From: Zygnema circumcarinatum SAG 698-1b
Taxonomy: Eukaryota; Plantae; Zygnematophyceae
Direction: 5' to 3'
NCBI GenBank assembly: GCA_037447605.1
Contig: CM074805.1
Span: forward strand, 1,893,361-1,957,360
DNA length: 64,000 bases
The notes under the pieces were generated by a model. It saw nothing but the letters and a program-made list of their open reading frames with translations. It ran no database searches and was not told the origin of the DNA. How positions within the stretch are numbered: position 1 is the stretch's first letter; each line of letters opens with the position of its first letter. The translations under genes and the position numbers were made by a program. Shown here one piece after another: positions 41,631 to 55,700 of the stretch.

Positions 41631-42511
41631 GACGAGATAGGAGGGCTAACGAGTCACCAAGTAGGAGGTGCAGAAATGTATTCGTTAATTCTGCGCCAAA
41701 TGACACTACGTGAAACTCGGTCTAGTAGGACTTACACACTCCATCTAACTGGCTAACTGATCGCCGTCTCATAGGTGCAAGCAAGCAACCCGGTGCAAGC
41801 AGATCGGGAGTGGAAACAACTGATGAAAACTGACTCTAACCGTGTTGGAAAGCAGTCGTTGATTTTGGAAACAGGGATGAGCTGCCTCCCTCGAAATGCA
41901 GAGGGAAGTCGGCAGTAGCCTTCAGTTCCTCTCTAGAAGGACAGCACTTCCGCCTCTCTATAGGATGGTGGATCCTCATCACCTTGTAACAAAACGTATA
42001 GGGGTCTTCTATAGAGCTCTGATCCTCGAGCATCGCTTTGAGTGGGTATGAATGCGTGTCCTTCATACTTGTGCCATGCTCTGTGAAGCATTATATAGAT
42101 CTAAGAATTTAACTTTTATGGCTTTGTGGATACAGACCAATTTTGGACCACCGTTAAGTATTCTACCCCCTCGTCTCGTAAGATGTTTTTGCTTTCAAAA
42201 TTTCCAATTTGTATTTCTTGATGCAATCGACAAAACCTCTGGTTTGAAGTCTTGGAATTGTGCGTCACCACATTGACATTTACCTTCACCATTACCTTCT
42301 TGGACATGTTGCTCTGTTGGAATAGACTTAATAAATATACCGGCTTCTGCCGAATAAACAGAATAGCAACCGTCGAAGGTTATATTTGATACTAGTTAAC
42401 ATCATCGCAACTGCAATGACCAACTAATCAAGCCATGACAAACTAAACTAAACAAGTCTTCATCTTACAGTCGGGCAGAAAGGCCACTTGACCACTTCAG
42501 AGTGCCGTCCC

Positions 42512-44724
42512 TCAGCCCTCTTCATCCACCCGTTTGAGTGCTTGGGATGCGCGAGATGACACTTCTCGGGTGACAAGGAGAGTGGCAACGGCTCCAACCT
42601 GTCGCCACAAAAGGTCAATCGTTCTGTCATGCAAATGCAGAGCATTGAGAAGGCCACAGAAATGAACACTTTTGATTCACATTCTAGGGCAACCTGCTCC
42701 GACATTTTGCTGTGCTTAGCAGCGCACAATCACACGAGCGTCATCTTCCTGAAAGCTACAATGACTCCAAGACGAAGGGATAACTTTCCAATACACGAGC
42801 AGGAATGAGCGTTAGCTCTATTTTATAATAAACCAAAACCGTCCTACAACCTCTTAAAGCTATGTGGACAGTTTACGCCCCAGTCATGCAACATGACTCG
42901 CAGTAACAAGGCAGCCAGGCGCATGTGGTTCAATGGACTGATGTGCAGAGAGAGACTGAAGAGGGGGGATGGAACAGGCTCGCAAAAACTGCAAAAACAA
43001 AGCTTACCACGTAGAGGATAATTTTTGCAGGCTCCACGGAACCATCGCTGGAAATGGCGTCCACTGTCGCCCTGCGGACAGGCATGAATTTGGAATTGTC
43101 ACCAGTTAGAAACAGCACGTCTTCCCTTGAGACCTAGCCTGCAAGCATAAAATATTACAAGCAACTTACCGCCCAACAGACCCCAAATAAACGTAGGTGA
43201 ACGTCCCAGGCAACATGGCCACCCAAGAGGCTCCTACGTACGGCCAAAAGCTGACTCCTGTCAAGCCAAACCTGCACTCACACACTCACTCAGCAGATCA
43301 GTACTTATACACCTTACTGACCTCATTCGTTTGAAAACTTTTCAGCTTTAAATTACCATGAACTTCAGTCCTCTGTAGTCTTAACTCTTACATGTAGTTG
43401 GAGAACGAGAATGGAAAGAGGGGCGAAAGCCTCCAAAGGAACACAATCTTCCAACCATCCTCTGATATTGCTCTGTCAACGAGGTCGAATTTGCGATTGC
43501 TGGCCAACTGCTTTGCCACCACAGGTCGAGCAGCATACCGTGCAATAAGAAATGCCAACGCCGCTGAAAAATTCAAACTCCCAAAAAATCAAGACAAGCC
43601 ATAATCAAGCAGTCTTCTTTGTAGATAACGGTCACCCTGTAACTAGCCGTGCCACAGCTGCCCTGCCTTCAGGAGCAACTTTGAGTGTCATAGCAACAGG
43701 AGAGGCAACAACCAACCTCCTGTCGTGGATGCTGCAGATACAATCGCAGTACCCTTGAGTGCCCCGAAGATATAACCTATAGCTTCCCACCATCCGTATT
43801 GTTAGGGCGAATATGCGCTTGTGTACCATTTCTGGTTTACTTAACTATCCAGTACCACAGCTTCGCATGCACGAAAACGATAGGTTCACGATAGGTTCGC
43901 AATCTGGTTTTTTAGTTGAGCATAGAGTACATGCAATTACATCAGCACGGCACTGACCTGCGCCAATTGTAAGAAATGAGGCTGGCAGCAACAACACAGT
44001 TGAAGCCACATATAGTCCAGAAAAATAAACGGGAGCAAGCGCTCCTGCTGACTCCACTGCTCCTGCCGCATCCTTCAAACGTTCTTCGAGCCACTGGCCA
44101 CAGACCCGCACTCAAGCTCTCTTCAGGAGCCGACTGTGGCAGCATATCTTGCACATTATCGTGCTTATTTGCTGCCATTCCAAGTGCACTCCATCAAGGA
44201 GGGCTTCAAGTGGGCATTATGCTGTCAGTGACCTTCAGGCTCTCGCTAGGCCCTCCAAAATAGGCGGTTGATCCGAGCAGCAGAAGCAGCACGGAGCCAC
44301 CAACGGCCAACGCCACCGCTTGACCTCCATTTGCTGTTACTTTTGTTGCTTCCCGGGAGGTTTTCTCTGGAGTATCGCCAAGAATAGCTCCCTCATCTGA
44401 GGGCTCTCTGACAAGTGGTTCCTCCTCCCTCAGCTGACTCATAGCGGGACCTGCATTTGCCTCCAGAATTCTGTTTGAGGTGAGGTAGAGGAAGAAAAAG
44501 CAGGACTTTCACAGAAATAATGAACAATCATGGACAAGACAGCGCAGGAGATGCAGAAAATAGCTTGCAACCACACCTGGTCGAGCGCTTTCCCTGCAAC
44601 GCGCCAGGTGTATGCGCTTTTGCAGTAATGCGGGAGAGCGCAGTCGCAGAGCGGAAGGGGGGAGTGGACAGCAGCGGATGAGGGCGAGGGGATGCAGTGC
44701 AGGAGCACTCCAACAGGTCGTCAT
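42512..44724 (-). CDS. TVP38/TMEM64 (SNARE-associated Golgi, VTT/DedA domain) membrane protein, probably plastid-targeted
   Basis: STVLLLPASFLTIGAG|YIFG, AALAFLIARYAARPVV, GWKIVFLWRLSPLFPFSFSNY and YGLTGVSFWPY...MLPGT. The upstream exon MTTCWSAPALHPLAL..RESARP splices in phase to GPAMSQLREE. Confidence 0.88.
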
Positions 44725-44824
44725 TCTGAGAGAGGCGCTGCAGACGCAGTCCGTCCCACCCTGCGCCTTTTTGAGCTTCAAGGGGAAAGGGCCGTAGGAC
44801 GAGGAGCGTCCTTCCCAGGCAGCG

Positions 44825-47800
44825 ATGCCGCTGCGTTGCCTTCGTTCCAGCACCATCTTAGCATTGCCGTGTACCAGCTGCCATCGCTTACCCTCTGCTC
44901 TCTCTTCTCTCGGTATTTCTGGCGCTTTTAGAGCTCCGAAGGACAGCTTCAGCTGCATTAGGAGTAGCCGCAGTCTGTTGCAGAATGGGTGGACGTATAC
45001 AGGAAGGGAATTTGAAAACATGGGGAGGTGGAAGCGGAATTTAAGAAAGGAGGCTATGACGCTGCTTGTAGCAGCAGCAACTAACGATGCAGGTGCATTG
45101 TCTGTTGAGCGGCAGCTCGAGCTTGCAAGGGAGCAGCAACAAGAAGCACTGCGAGAGCGGAGACTGCTGCAGCGAAAAAGGTTTGAGGTGCGTGATAGGC
45201 TATATCAAGCTTAACTCTAGGCTCGACATATGGTGAGTTACCTCCTACAGTATCTGACATTACTTTTGTTTGGAACAGGAGTCCCTTGCTGAGCTTGACA
45301 ACGAAATAGCAGTGCAAGAAATGGAGGTCACAGCAGCTACAAGCAGTAGTTTTGAAGGACAAGGCAGCATATCTCCTTTGAGGAACCTTTCGAATCAACC
45401 CTCGAAGCCCGGTGGTGACAGACAGAGCAGCGAACAGGGGAATAGAAGTGTGACTGGGGCAAAGAGCCAAGCCCATCCATACAGGGTTAGTCATGGAGGA
45501 CTTAGTCCTGTCCCCCGGCCAACAGAGGGTTGGGGCTCGCCACATCCTGCTTCTAGCGAGCTGGAAGCTGTTACGAAAATTGTTACCAATGAAAAGATGA
45601 GTGAGCAAGGAGGATTGCTTGGAGGAGGTGCACTTGGAGCTGCCGCTCAAGTAACTGGGCCACTCGCACATGCAGCCCTGAGACCTGTTATTTTAAAGCG
45701 CGATAAACCATTACCGGACTCCTGGGACACTCCTGGGGGCACTGTGGTGCTTGTAGATAAACCTCGCGGTATTCTCAATGGTGCCAGATGGGTCGTCTCT
45801 TTGTTATCACTCGCATCGTGTGCTCCAAGAAGAGAGTGTTCATTACCAAGCTGCACTTAGAAAAGAATAACGCAGTTTGCAGTTTCATTGCGTGCCATTT
45901 ATGCAAGGTGGCTTTTCTCAAAGAGAATGACACTAATGGAGAGCTATCCTTGATAACCAATTCAGGCCATTTGCATTGCAGGGTGGACATCCTTTGCAGT
46001 GTGTGGAAGACTGCGATCCGTGGTTGGCGTCAAGAAAGTGAGTAATTGCTTTGCACTTGCCGGAGCTTCTCATTTCAAAGCCGCCAAAAAAACCTTTTAT
46101 CGTCACTGCCTGACCCCCTCAGGGCACGGCTTTTTGGCCTTTGAATTTCACTTTTGACTTAATTCCCCTAAGGAGCACAGTATGAGGGCAACACTTTGGG
46201 AACTATCGGTTATTGAAGACATCAGCTACTGCGAGCATGAGAGCGGGAGTTCAGAGGAGGGGGTGCTTATGCTTGCAACAGCTTGGTAGAGCTACTTTTT
46301 CGTTTTTTCTCACGATTTAGCAGCTTCGATGCGTCTCTATAAAAATTTACAGCACTTGTAGCTTGGTAGGCAACCAAAGTTTAACGCTAATCAAATTTTG
46401 CAAATGGTTCTACTTTTCTACGGCGAGTTCTTCTTTGAGCGTGCCGACGAAATCATGTTCTCAGTGAAGCTGTCTATTAGTGTATGTTGTTAAAGACTAG
46501 CCATGTTCATGTCAAACCAACGTGGCCAATGAAGTTAGGAACAAATCGATGTTGCTGATTCTCTCACCTCATGACACAAATTTGAAGGCTTTGAATTTTC
46601 AAGTCTGGTTCTGTGAGTGAAATTCACTGAAGCGGGTAGTGTCCTTCACGTATAATGCAAAATGTGTTGTTATTTGCAAAAAACCATCTTACAGAATGGT
46701 AGAGTTTCATGTCTTTGTTGCTCTACATCTATTGCAGCTTTAACAGCAGTCATAATAACTGGAGAAGCTGTGCTTGACTTTACTTACAGGTAGGCCATGC
46801 TGGAACGTTGGACCCCCTGGCCACTGGGCTACTAGTGGTTTGCGTGGGCCGCGCCACGAAGCTGGCTGACAGGTGCCTGCAATAGCCCTCACATTCTAGT
46901 TGCTTTTTATGACTACGACGCAGAGAGCTCAGCGGCAGGGCAAGGGCGAATAGGAAGGAAAGCGTCTGCAAGATCCCAATACATTGCAGAGGAGCATAGG
47001 GTCTGTAAGAAGGAGCAGAAGTGAAGGATCTGAGGACCGCGGGATGGCATGCATGCAGCTTCCAAGCACTATATAAAGTTTATTCTGGCAGCATGAGACT
47101 CGGGGAGGGCACCCCATCCTTGGATGCTGACACTCCGGTAATGGGACCCTAGGCTTGTAAGGCTTTGCCTACAGAGATTGTCGTACGGCTGTATCTGCAT
47201 TTCCGTCTGTTCATTTTGGATTGACTTTTGATGTGGATTGTTGCATTTTCTGTGCTTTCCCAATCCCTTAATTTGGTCTGCTGCCGATTTACGACTCGCT
47301 ATTGGAAGTGTGCAGGTGAATGAGGTGATGCCTTGGGAGCATATCAGTGATTCTGATTTGGCAGCTGCAGCCGAGGCTAACCTTGGCGATATCCTGCAGA
47401 TTCCTCCTATGTACTCTGCGATAAAGGTAAGTCGGATGCCAACTTTTTGCTTGGCAGTGACTTCGGAATCATCGTAGCATACTTCCTTTAGGGGCCGTTG
47501 TGAGTCTCCAAATTTGTGCCTGTGTACATGAACTGGGCTTTAGGTTGTGACGAGCTTGATGAGTGATTCTCAATGACAGGACGGCCATCAGTATTGCGTT
47601 TGGATGTGAATGTATCTGGGGGGCAGGTTCGTGGAGAAAAAATGTATGAGAAGGCTCGGCGTGGGGAGACTCTCGAGCTGGACGCACGCCCAGTGAAGAT
47701 ATATGAGCTGACCTTGAGACGCAGCGACCAGCACCCGTAAAGCCTGCTTTGCTTATTCCCTTAGAGCAAGGATAACCTTTGCAAAACAGAATTCTTGCTG

Positions 47801-48745
47801 GCCGGATAAGAGTCTGGCCTGGGATGCAGAGGAATAAAGCCTCAATTTCATGATAGGAGATAGCAGGTGAGGATAATAATAGCAATAGCAAAAGTAATTT
47901 TCAGTTAATGATGGATTCGGGAAGAATTGAGGAGACGGGAGGTTGAACTGACCAGGTAAGGCTGTTGTGTTTTGTCATGAATCTGAGATGAAGTGGGGTC
48001 TGTATGTTTCGCAGACAGGAGGTGGATTTTCGGATGATGTGCTCCAAAGGCACTTATGTGCGCTCACTGTGCCGCGATATTGGTCGTCAGCTGGGCAGGC
48101 AGGTCTCCTAATCCTAAGTTTGCCTGGAAGGCGCTTTCCCCGTTGACAATTTCAGTCTACTTGTAGATTGTACTTAATGGAAATCCACTGTTGAAAATGG
48201 AGCCATGATACTATCTTGGACCAACAGCTTGTTACATTGTCAGTGCGAGGATTGAATCAGCTGCTAATCTCATTAACGGAGAAGTTAGGGGAGACTGGGA
48301 TCGTGGGGGGTGGAGGACAGCTGTGCACATCTGACCGCTCTCCGAAGAGAACAAATAGGTAAGTGCACACCAAACAAACTTTTCCCGAGTTGTGAGAGAA
48401 TTTGTCATCTTTCGGAATTGGATCTGAGAAGTTGGAGCTCAGTCATCGACAAACGCATTGGCATTTGCACTCTACAGGCAGCACTTTTGACTGCTGATGT
48501 GAGGCTGCAGCAGGAGTGGCCGGAAATCTGGCTGATTCAGCTTCAGAAACTGGAGATGTCTGTGATGCGCTAACCCCCCATGTTCATGGTCCAACTGCCG
48601 CTTCGCAGGAGAGCTTTCCGTGGAGGATGCCTGGAAGGCTGAGGAGTTGCTGGAGGCTATACAGGCACAGAGCGGAGTTGAGATTCGGCGCCCTCCTGCA
48701 GCCAGGACTGGTTCGTGGAGGCGTTCAGCCCAAGGGTCTGATTGA
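44825..48745 (+). CDS. TRUB: Organellar tRNA pseudouridine(55) synthase, TruB family
   Basis: [40 protein letters not shown] (catalytic Asp), [34 protein letters not shown] and AWKAEEL; stop at 48745. Confidence 0.93.
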
Positions 48746-49476
48746 CACACGTTTCATGTCGGAGCAATGGTTGGATCGGTTGCTGCTGTAGTTCAAGAAA
48801 CTGGCAGCATGAGAAAGAAGTAGGCTTCTCCTTCCACAAGGAAGCATTTCCTTTTTCGCTGAGTTTCTCGAGTATATACTGCTAACTCCATAGGTTTAGC
48901 ATGCTGCCATTGTAGGAGCAGGAGTCGCGTGATGCAACAGGCAGCCCTTTAGTGTTAGACTCACGTGCTGAAGGGGTACGTTTCCTTCTTCCAATGTAAA
49001 CTATTTCAATGTAAAAAGGTGACAAGCCAGCCTTGTGTTGCAGATGCACTACCCTGCAAGGGCCTCCATTTCCCATTTCTCTTCCAACCTTTAATTACAA
49101 GTGCGAAAGCAAAAGAAGTGTAATGTGAGGTGTTGACGAAAATGTGATGTTAACAAAATATATTTGGTCTCCAAAAAGTTAGATGTGGAATCACACATTA
49201 CACCTCGACTTTGCAAGCCACGATTGGAAGAAATGCCCCACCCAACGAAATGGGTAGAATTGCATCCTAAAAAATTACATTTCATCCAAAAGGGGTGCCC
49301 CGAACGGAAGCCCACCTTTACTTAAGTCCAACAAACTGCATACACTAATCCCCTAAAGATTGTGCTTTATTTTTAGTTTTAGAGATTCTGTATTTCTCAT
49401 TGAAACTCCCTCCACAAATATTAGACCTGTCAATCGACGTTCCTGGTCACATTGAATAAGGTGGGCCTGAAAACCC

Positions 49477-52435
49477 TCAAATGAGCCTTTCCAAAGCAGC
49501 CAGCAGCAAGTCGGTCTGCTCCGGCTTTCCCACAGAGATGCGAATATAGTCGCGCAACTCCACATTGTTGTAGTGTCGGAGCATGACACCTTCTTGGGCG
49601 AGAGTGGCCTGCAAGCATCATACATACATTCATACATACTGATAAGCTCCCTAAAGAACTTCAAAGCAACGTTCGCCGAACAGCCCTAGTCAGACACTGG
49701 GGTTGCTTGCCCCGATTTAGAAGCTGGGGCTTGCAAGCCTCCTTGAGCCTACATCATGAAACCATAAGAACGCACCTTGAGGTCCGCTGCTGACCGGCCT
49801 TGTAGCACAGAGCAGAGGATGAAGTTAGCCTGGCTGGGATGCGGTTTCAGGTACGGAATGCTCTCAAGCCGCTTGCTCAGACGCTCACGCTCTGCCACCA
49901 GGGCGTTGCGCACTTTCTGTATCGTCCCAAGCTGCGAGTCAGCAGGGGAACTGATCACGCCATACAGCATCAGGAAAAAGGTCTGCTTGCTCTCCTGGAT
50001 AGGCCTAAATCCTATCAGGCCTTCCACCTTGCTCTCACCTGGAGGTAATCCTTCTGTTCCAATGCTGCGCATGCTGCTAGTTCTGCTGCCACGGAGACAT
50101 TGTACGGCTGTTTAGCTCGCCACATGTAGGTGGCTAACGATAGAGGAAACGCGCCATATCCAATTCTGAGTCCAGCAAGACCTGCATGCTTCCTTCTTTG
50201 GATCAGCCACACCTAAACGTCCTGACCATTTCCCCTTCACTTCCGGAAAGCTAGCGATTCCCTTCACTTCGGGACATTGTGGTAGGTGCTGGAAGGAGCT
50301 CTGACACTTGTGTCAGGGGGGTTCACCTGCCCGTTTACTGAAAGTACGTAGCACAATGAGGTTGTCGTGCTCGCGGACGAGACCCATGCGGGATGGTGTA
50401 TCTGAGAACTCTATATATGCCTCATCGAGGACAACCAGCACCGGCAGTTTCAAGAGAGCTGTGAAAGCCTCATCACTCAACAAACTGCACCGCATCCTTC
50501 CTCCTCTCGTCAGCCCATTAGTAGCAGCCCTATTCTAAAGCAGAACTATTATAGAGCAGTACGGTGCTTGTTCTGACAAGGCCTTTAAAGACTCACCTGC
50601 CATCCGGATTATTAGGTGACGTCAGAAATAATAGTTTTGGTTGGTGAAGCTGTACTGCAGCTGTTACAGCTTCCACGTCGATGGAAAAATCAGGCTGTCG
50701 GAGCACTGCAAACAGCTGCAGGAAAGTTATTTCATGAGCATTTCGGGAGTTCCCTCATTTCTCTGGCTTCGTCAAGGCGTGCACTTGGAGAGCACGCAGG
50801 TAAGGGCACAAGTAGCATGGGAGGTCATTCGCCATTCAGCTCCAATCCGATCCAATCAGCTCAATCCCTCATACAATTTTCAATTGTTGAATCCGCTTCT
50901 CGTGCAAACGTGGACTGGGCCGATAGACTCGTGAAATAAAAATCACTTTTCTATTTACCGTCACAGCTGTGTAAGCAAATCACCTTTAATGACACGAGCA
51001 TTGTTCACTGCAGCGTCAAATGCATACATGGTGAAGGTGGGTGGGCAGTCCACAATTGCGTCGCCTGGCTCCAGAGTGCACCTAAGAGAAGCTTTGCATC
51101 ACGACATAACAGCTCCTGTCAGCCACTAGATGCCAAAGTTACCTTCTATAAGGAACGAGTGAAGCTTAAGAATAGGGACCACACCTCATGATGAGGTCGA
51201 TGAGCTCATCTGCCCCGCAGCCCACAAGGATATGCTCCGCAGGGACCCCAGAATCCTCAGCAAGTGCAGCTCGAAGGCGCCGACATTCAGGATCTGGGTA
51301 GATGTGTGGGAATTCCATGGACCTAAGAGCCTCCAGGACCTGTCAAGTTCATGCCTCAGCAGATTAAGAGCCTCTCCTTCGTAAATGTCTTCAGGTTGCA
51401 ACCCATCGCCTTGAACTACGACGAAATGCACGCATGATAAAACAGGGCCCTGCTGATCGCTACTCGCACTCCGAGGCCAATCTAGCCTCATTGGCCAGGC
51501 ATAGATAGCTCAAGCAAAACAACCGTTTGAAAAGTCTCTCCGATTAATGCTTTCACATTATGGCTCACCAAATTCCTCCTCCCGCATTGCATGCAATTCT
51601 CAAACGGCCTTCAATACAGACTTGGCTATAAGCCGAAGCATCCGGAAGAACTAAAATAAGTCAACTTATCAAACGAGAGAACTCGTCAATCACGTACAAC
51701 AGGCGCTAGAATGTAATTTTACAGATACGTGTCTTTATACCTTAAGCGGGTCACAAACTTTAGCATTCTCGGGCGGCAAATAAGGCCAGATTTTAAACAG
51801 TTAACTGGAGTTATTTTCTACAAATGAAAGAAGGATTTGAAAGGAAACACAGTTATGGATGAGCGGACGACAGGTTAAGCAAAAAGCAAACTGGCAGTTC
51901 ACTAAAGGCAAAGAATTGCAAAGAACTCGAGAGAGTTACAAATTAAGGGCACCTCTGGAGGCGGCCCATAAGGGTTCTCGTTGGCGTCCAGCTTCACAAT
52001 GTCTTTCGGATCCCTGCCTAGGCGTGCAGACAGCACCTGAATCCGACCATCAACAGCAGCAAGGAAATGATTCCAACTGGAAGGTAAGGAACAAGGCCAT
52101 GTCTCCAGCCATTGCAATACCCTCATAGCTTAACTTACCTCAAAGGGTTCTATGGGTTTGTATGCAGCCAACTGCTTCAAATGCGGCCGAATAAAGCGAC
52201 TGCCATCTTCAGCATCGGCATCAGAACGAGCTTGATTTGTGGTTTGCTGCAGAGAAGGCAATGATTCCGCCATAGTCGCCATCGTAATGTGCTGCAGTAC
52301 TCGAACTTGAGATGGAAATCGCACTGATGAAAGAGCCCTTGAAGCACTGCCTTCCAAAACCTGTTTGGAACTCGGCACAGCAGCCAGACCATGCCGTGCT
52401 GCTGCTTGGCAGGATGCTGGACAGACTGCCGCCAT
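49477..52435 (-). CDS. HISN6: Histidinol-phosphate aminotransferase, chloroplastic
   Basis: [90 protein letters not shown] (PLP lysine), [17 protein letters not shown] and [10 protein letters not shown]. Confidence 0.95.
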
Positions 52436-52729
52436 GGCTGCAGACCTTGCTCAGCTCCGTGGAACCCTTCGTGTTCTGGATACCACGTACAAACACACGT
52501 TAAATGTGTGTAAGAGCGAGAGAGAGAGAGAAGAGATAGACGGGGCCGGAGAGGCAATTTATCCGCTTGTTGAAAAGCCGCCGTACTCCCGTGCCCTGCA
52601 CGTCATTTTGAACCCCTATTGAGCCTTCCGCAGGGGTCGGCACTGCCGGCAGCATTTCCTGCAGTCTGCAAGGCGCTCGCTGCAGCAGGGGGTAAAGGGT
52701 GGGCGAGCTCCAATTTCAGGGCTGGTACG

Positions 52730-55700
52730 ATGATTTCAGCTCTGAGCTGGGTGCCACGGGGCGCTGCGAAGTATGTGCCGGATGCTGGTGGACAGGAGGA
52801 TGAAGTGGAGGATATAGCTGCGGAAGTTGAAGGATATGAACGGGACGAGGAGGAGGACGACGAGGAGGACGAGGATGAGGATGAGGAGGTGGAGGAGGGA
52901 GAGGAGAGAAGGTGAGTACTGCCGGGCATTCATAGATAATGTCGACGCATAAAGGTGATGACCATGGAAGAAGCAGTACGTCAGGAAGGTGTGGAACGTG
53001 TTGAAAGAAGGAGACTTTTGTTGTAATTCGCACTGAATCTGTGCCATTCAGATAACCTTGCCGCGGCGGCAATGCCAGGGAATTTCTTTGTTGCAGAATT
53101 CTGAAAATGTAGAATTCGTTGCTCGGTGCAGTGAAGATGAACGAATGGAGGATAGAGCTGAGGCTGACCCTGTTGAGAGAGCCAGAGCACTAGCAGCTGC
53201 CATAAAAGGCAAGAAAGCAAAGGGGTCGGGGAAGGTGTCGAATCGAGGGCAAAAGAAACTTGGCGATGAGCTTGCTGAGTTGGACATGGAACATTATGAC
53301 GATGATGGAGATGCAGGTGAGCCTTGTTTGCTTATTCATTTATCTTTTTTGACTCCTTTCCTGAGTTGTCATATTTTGGCCATTCGTTCATTTCCTGATT
53401 GTGCATTTTGACAGTTTGATAGCTCTGATCATTCGCTCTCCTCTCCGCCTGTTTCGCCTGTTTCCGTTCTCATGGCTTGTCCAATCGTTTTTTTTTTTTT
53501 TTGCAAGTCTTTTTTTATAAGGGCATCAAAACTGTTTAAGTATCAGTAATTGTTTACTTTTTCCTTTATTCCAGCTCCCTAATATCTCCTACCTTTCTTA
53601 TATTGTACTTCTTTCCCGCTTTCCAACATTGCCCTCGTTCCTTTAAACAGCATCTAATCGTGCACGTCTTCTTTCCTAAAGCTTCTCGTTTGAATTCTTG
53701 TTCATGGCCAGCTTGCTGCCCTTTTTTTTTTTACGTCGTCCCTCGTAACTGCTGGACTGGTAATCAAAGTAAATAAGAAATAAGACCCCTAGCAATTCGT
53801 TTTTTGTTGCGGACGTTAGAATTTCAATTCCTTCACCCCTTCCTCTTCTTATTTTTCACGTCTTCCGCTTCCATCCACTGTCCCTCTCCTTTTCTGCTTA
53901 CCCTGTCTTTTCTCTCTCACCTTCATCATTTGCTGTCCATCTCTTGGATCGCGGATTTCTTCGTGACCAGATGTCATCCTTCGCGACCTGAAATAGTTGC
54001 ATAACGTTGAGCTGTAAATTTGCTTCTCACTGTCAATCATGTTTGATTATAGGTGAGCTCCGATTATTCGGTAATGGAGGGTTAGGAGCGACCTACTATA
54101 AACCTGGCGAGGTGGATCCCCTGTTAAAAGACGATAAGTATGACGTGAGTAGCATGCACGTCAACGAGATTCATGGCAGTTCTGATTTCCTTTGCCCTTG
54201 AGAAATTTCATTCCAAGTCTTTTCTTACTGCCTCCTCTTTAGTTACAACATTCAAGCGCGTGTTTTCTGGCACTTTGCAAGGGACATTTTCTGACGTCTT
54301 TGGTTCATTTGCAGTATGTTGGAGTGATTTGTTTGGTCATATCAGTCGAGGGAGACAGGAAGCTGTGGTCATGAAGTGCAATCTCAGTCAAGAGGGCTCA
54401 CTGTTCCTTTCGGATATGCCTTTTTTGGTGGCCAGGAAGAGGATGAGGAAGAAGCCGACGATCTCACCATTCGGCCAACAGATCTTGTTCTAGTTGTAGC
54501 ACGAAATGAAGATGACGTCAGCCATCTCGAGGTGAGCTTAGCATGAATGAGGCAGTTTGGGCCTCCGAATTGTGTTGCCAAGTCTCAAGGATTATAAATT
54601 TTGCACAGAATGTACCAAGAAATTTGGGGGAATTGGAGGCTACAGGTATGGGTGTGTGAAGAATCACAGCCGGGAGATGATGATTTGAACACGTATGTAC
54701 ATCACGACCTTATGCTGCCCGCGTTCCCTCTCTCTATCTCTTGGCTTGGCTGCGACGTAAGGTCGGCCTCAGCATCAGATAAAGGTATATCACGAACTGC
54801 AAAATATGTTTTAAACAGAAAAGCAGAAAGCAGAAAGCAGCATGCAGGGAGAACATGGAGGGGCCGGGAGAGCTATCAGGACGCATGTCTTTTCCAACGC
54901 CTTGGTCCCGAGACCATCCCTTTTAGTAGTATTCATTCATTTTTTTTTTCGCTTCTTTATGAATTATGTTTCACTTGAATTTGCCTAGAAACTGAAATTG
55001 AGACTATTCATAGTCATGAAATTGGCAGTCTGAGAAAATGTAGTCAATATCTGTGCTCATGGCTTGCCTTCGTTTGGCAGTTGCACAATTAGGATTATCC
55101 TCTTACTCGTCTCCTTTGGACACTTTTGATTATGCAGGCAACTTCGTCGCAGTTGGTACCATGCAACCCGAAATTGAAATTTGGGACTTGGATCAGGTCA
55201 TACCCCAACTGCTCCACACAGTTCTGCCACTTTAGTGCCAATAGTTTCAAGCGTTGGGGCCAATGTTTGGAAGTCACGATGATCATGTGTAGCAATTCTG
55301 AGGTCCCCTTTTGTTGGACATTGATACGGCCCCCGCAGATTGAACAAGTGGAGCCGGTGGCTATTCTCGGAGGGGCAGACACAGCACAAGTAGCAGACAC
55401 AAGTGGCAAAAAGTCAAAAAGTGGGATGGTGAAGCAAAAGAAGAAGAAAAAGGTGAAGCCTGTTGAGCTTATCGCTGGCTGTTGTTTACTTTATTCTGGA
55501 AATCAGCATTTCTTTGTGTGTGCAAGTTATCGATTTCAACAGGTGAAGAGAGCGTTTCGTTATAGGAAAGCATATTGGACATGGCCGGAAGCCACCGCTA
55601 AACCTTTCTTGTTAGCAAGAGTTTATGTGGCCTAGGATTTTCAAGAGAGATTACTTCAGCACTGAATCCTAATCTTATCGAAGCTTTTCCCTGACGTTGT

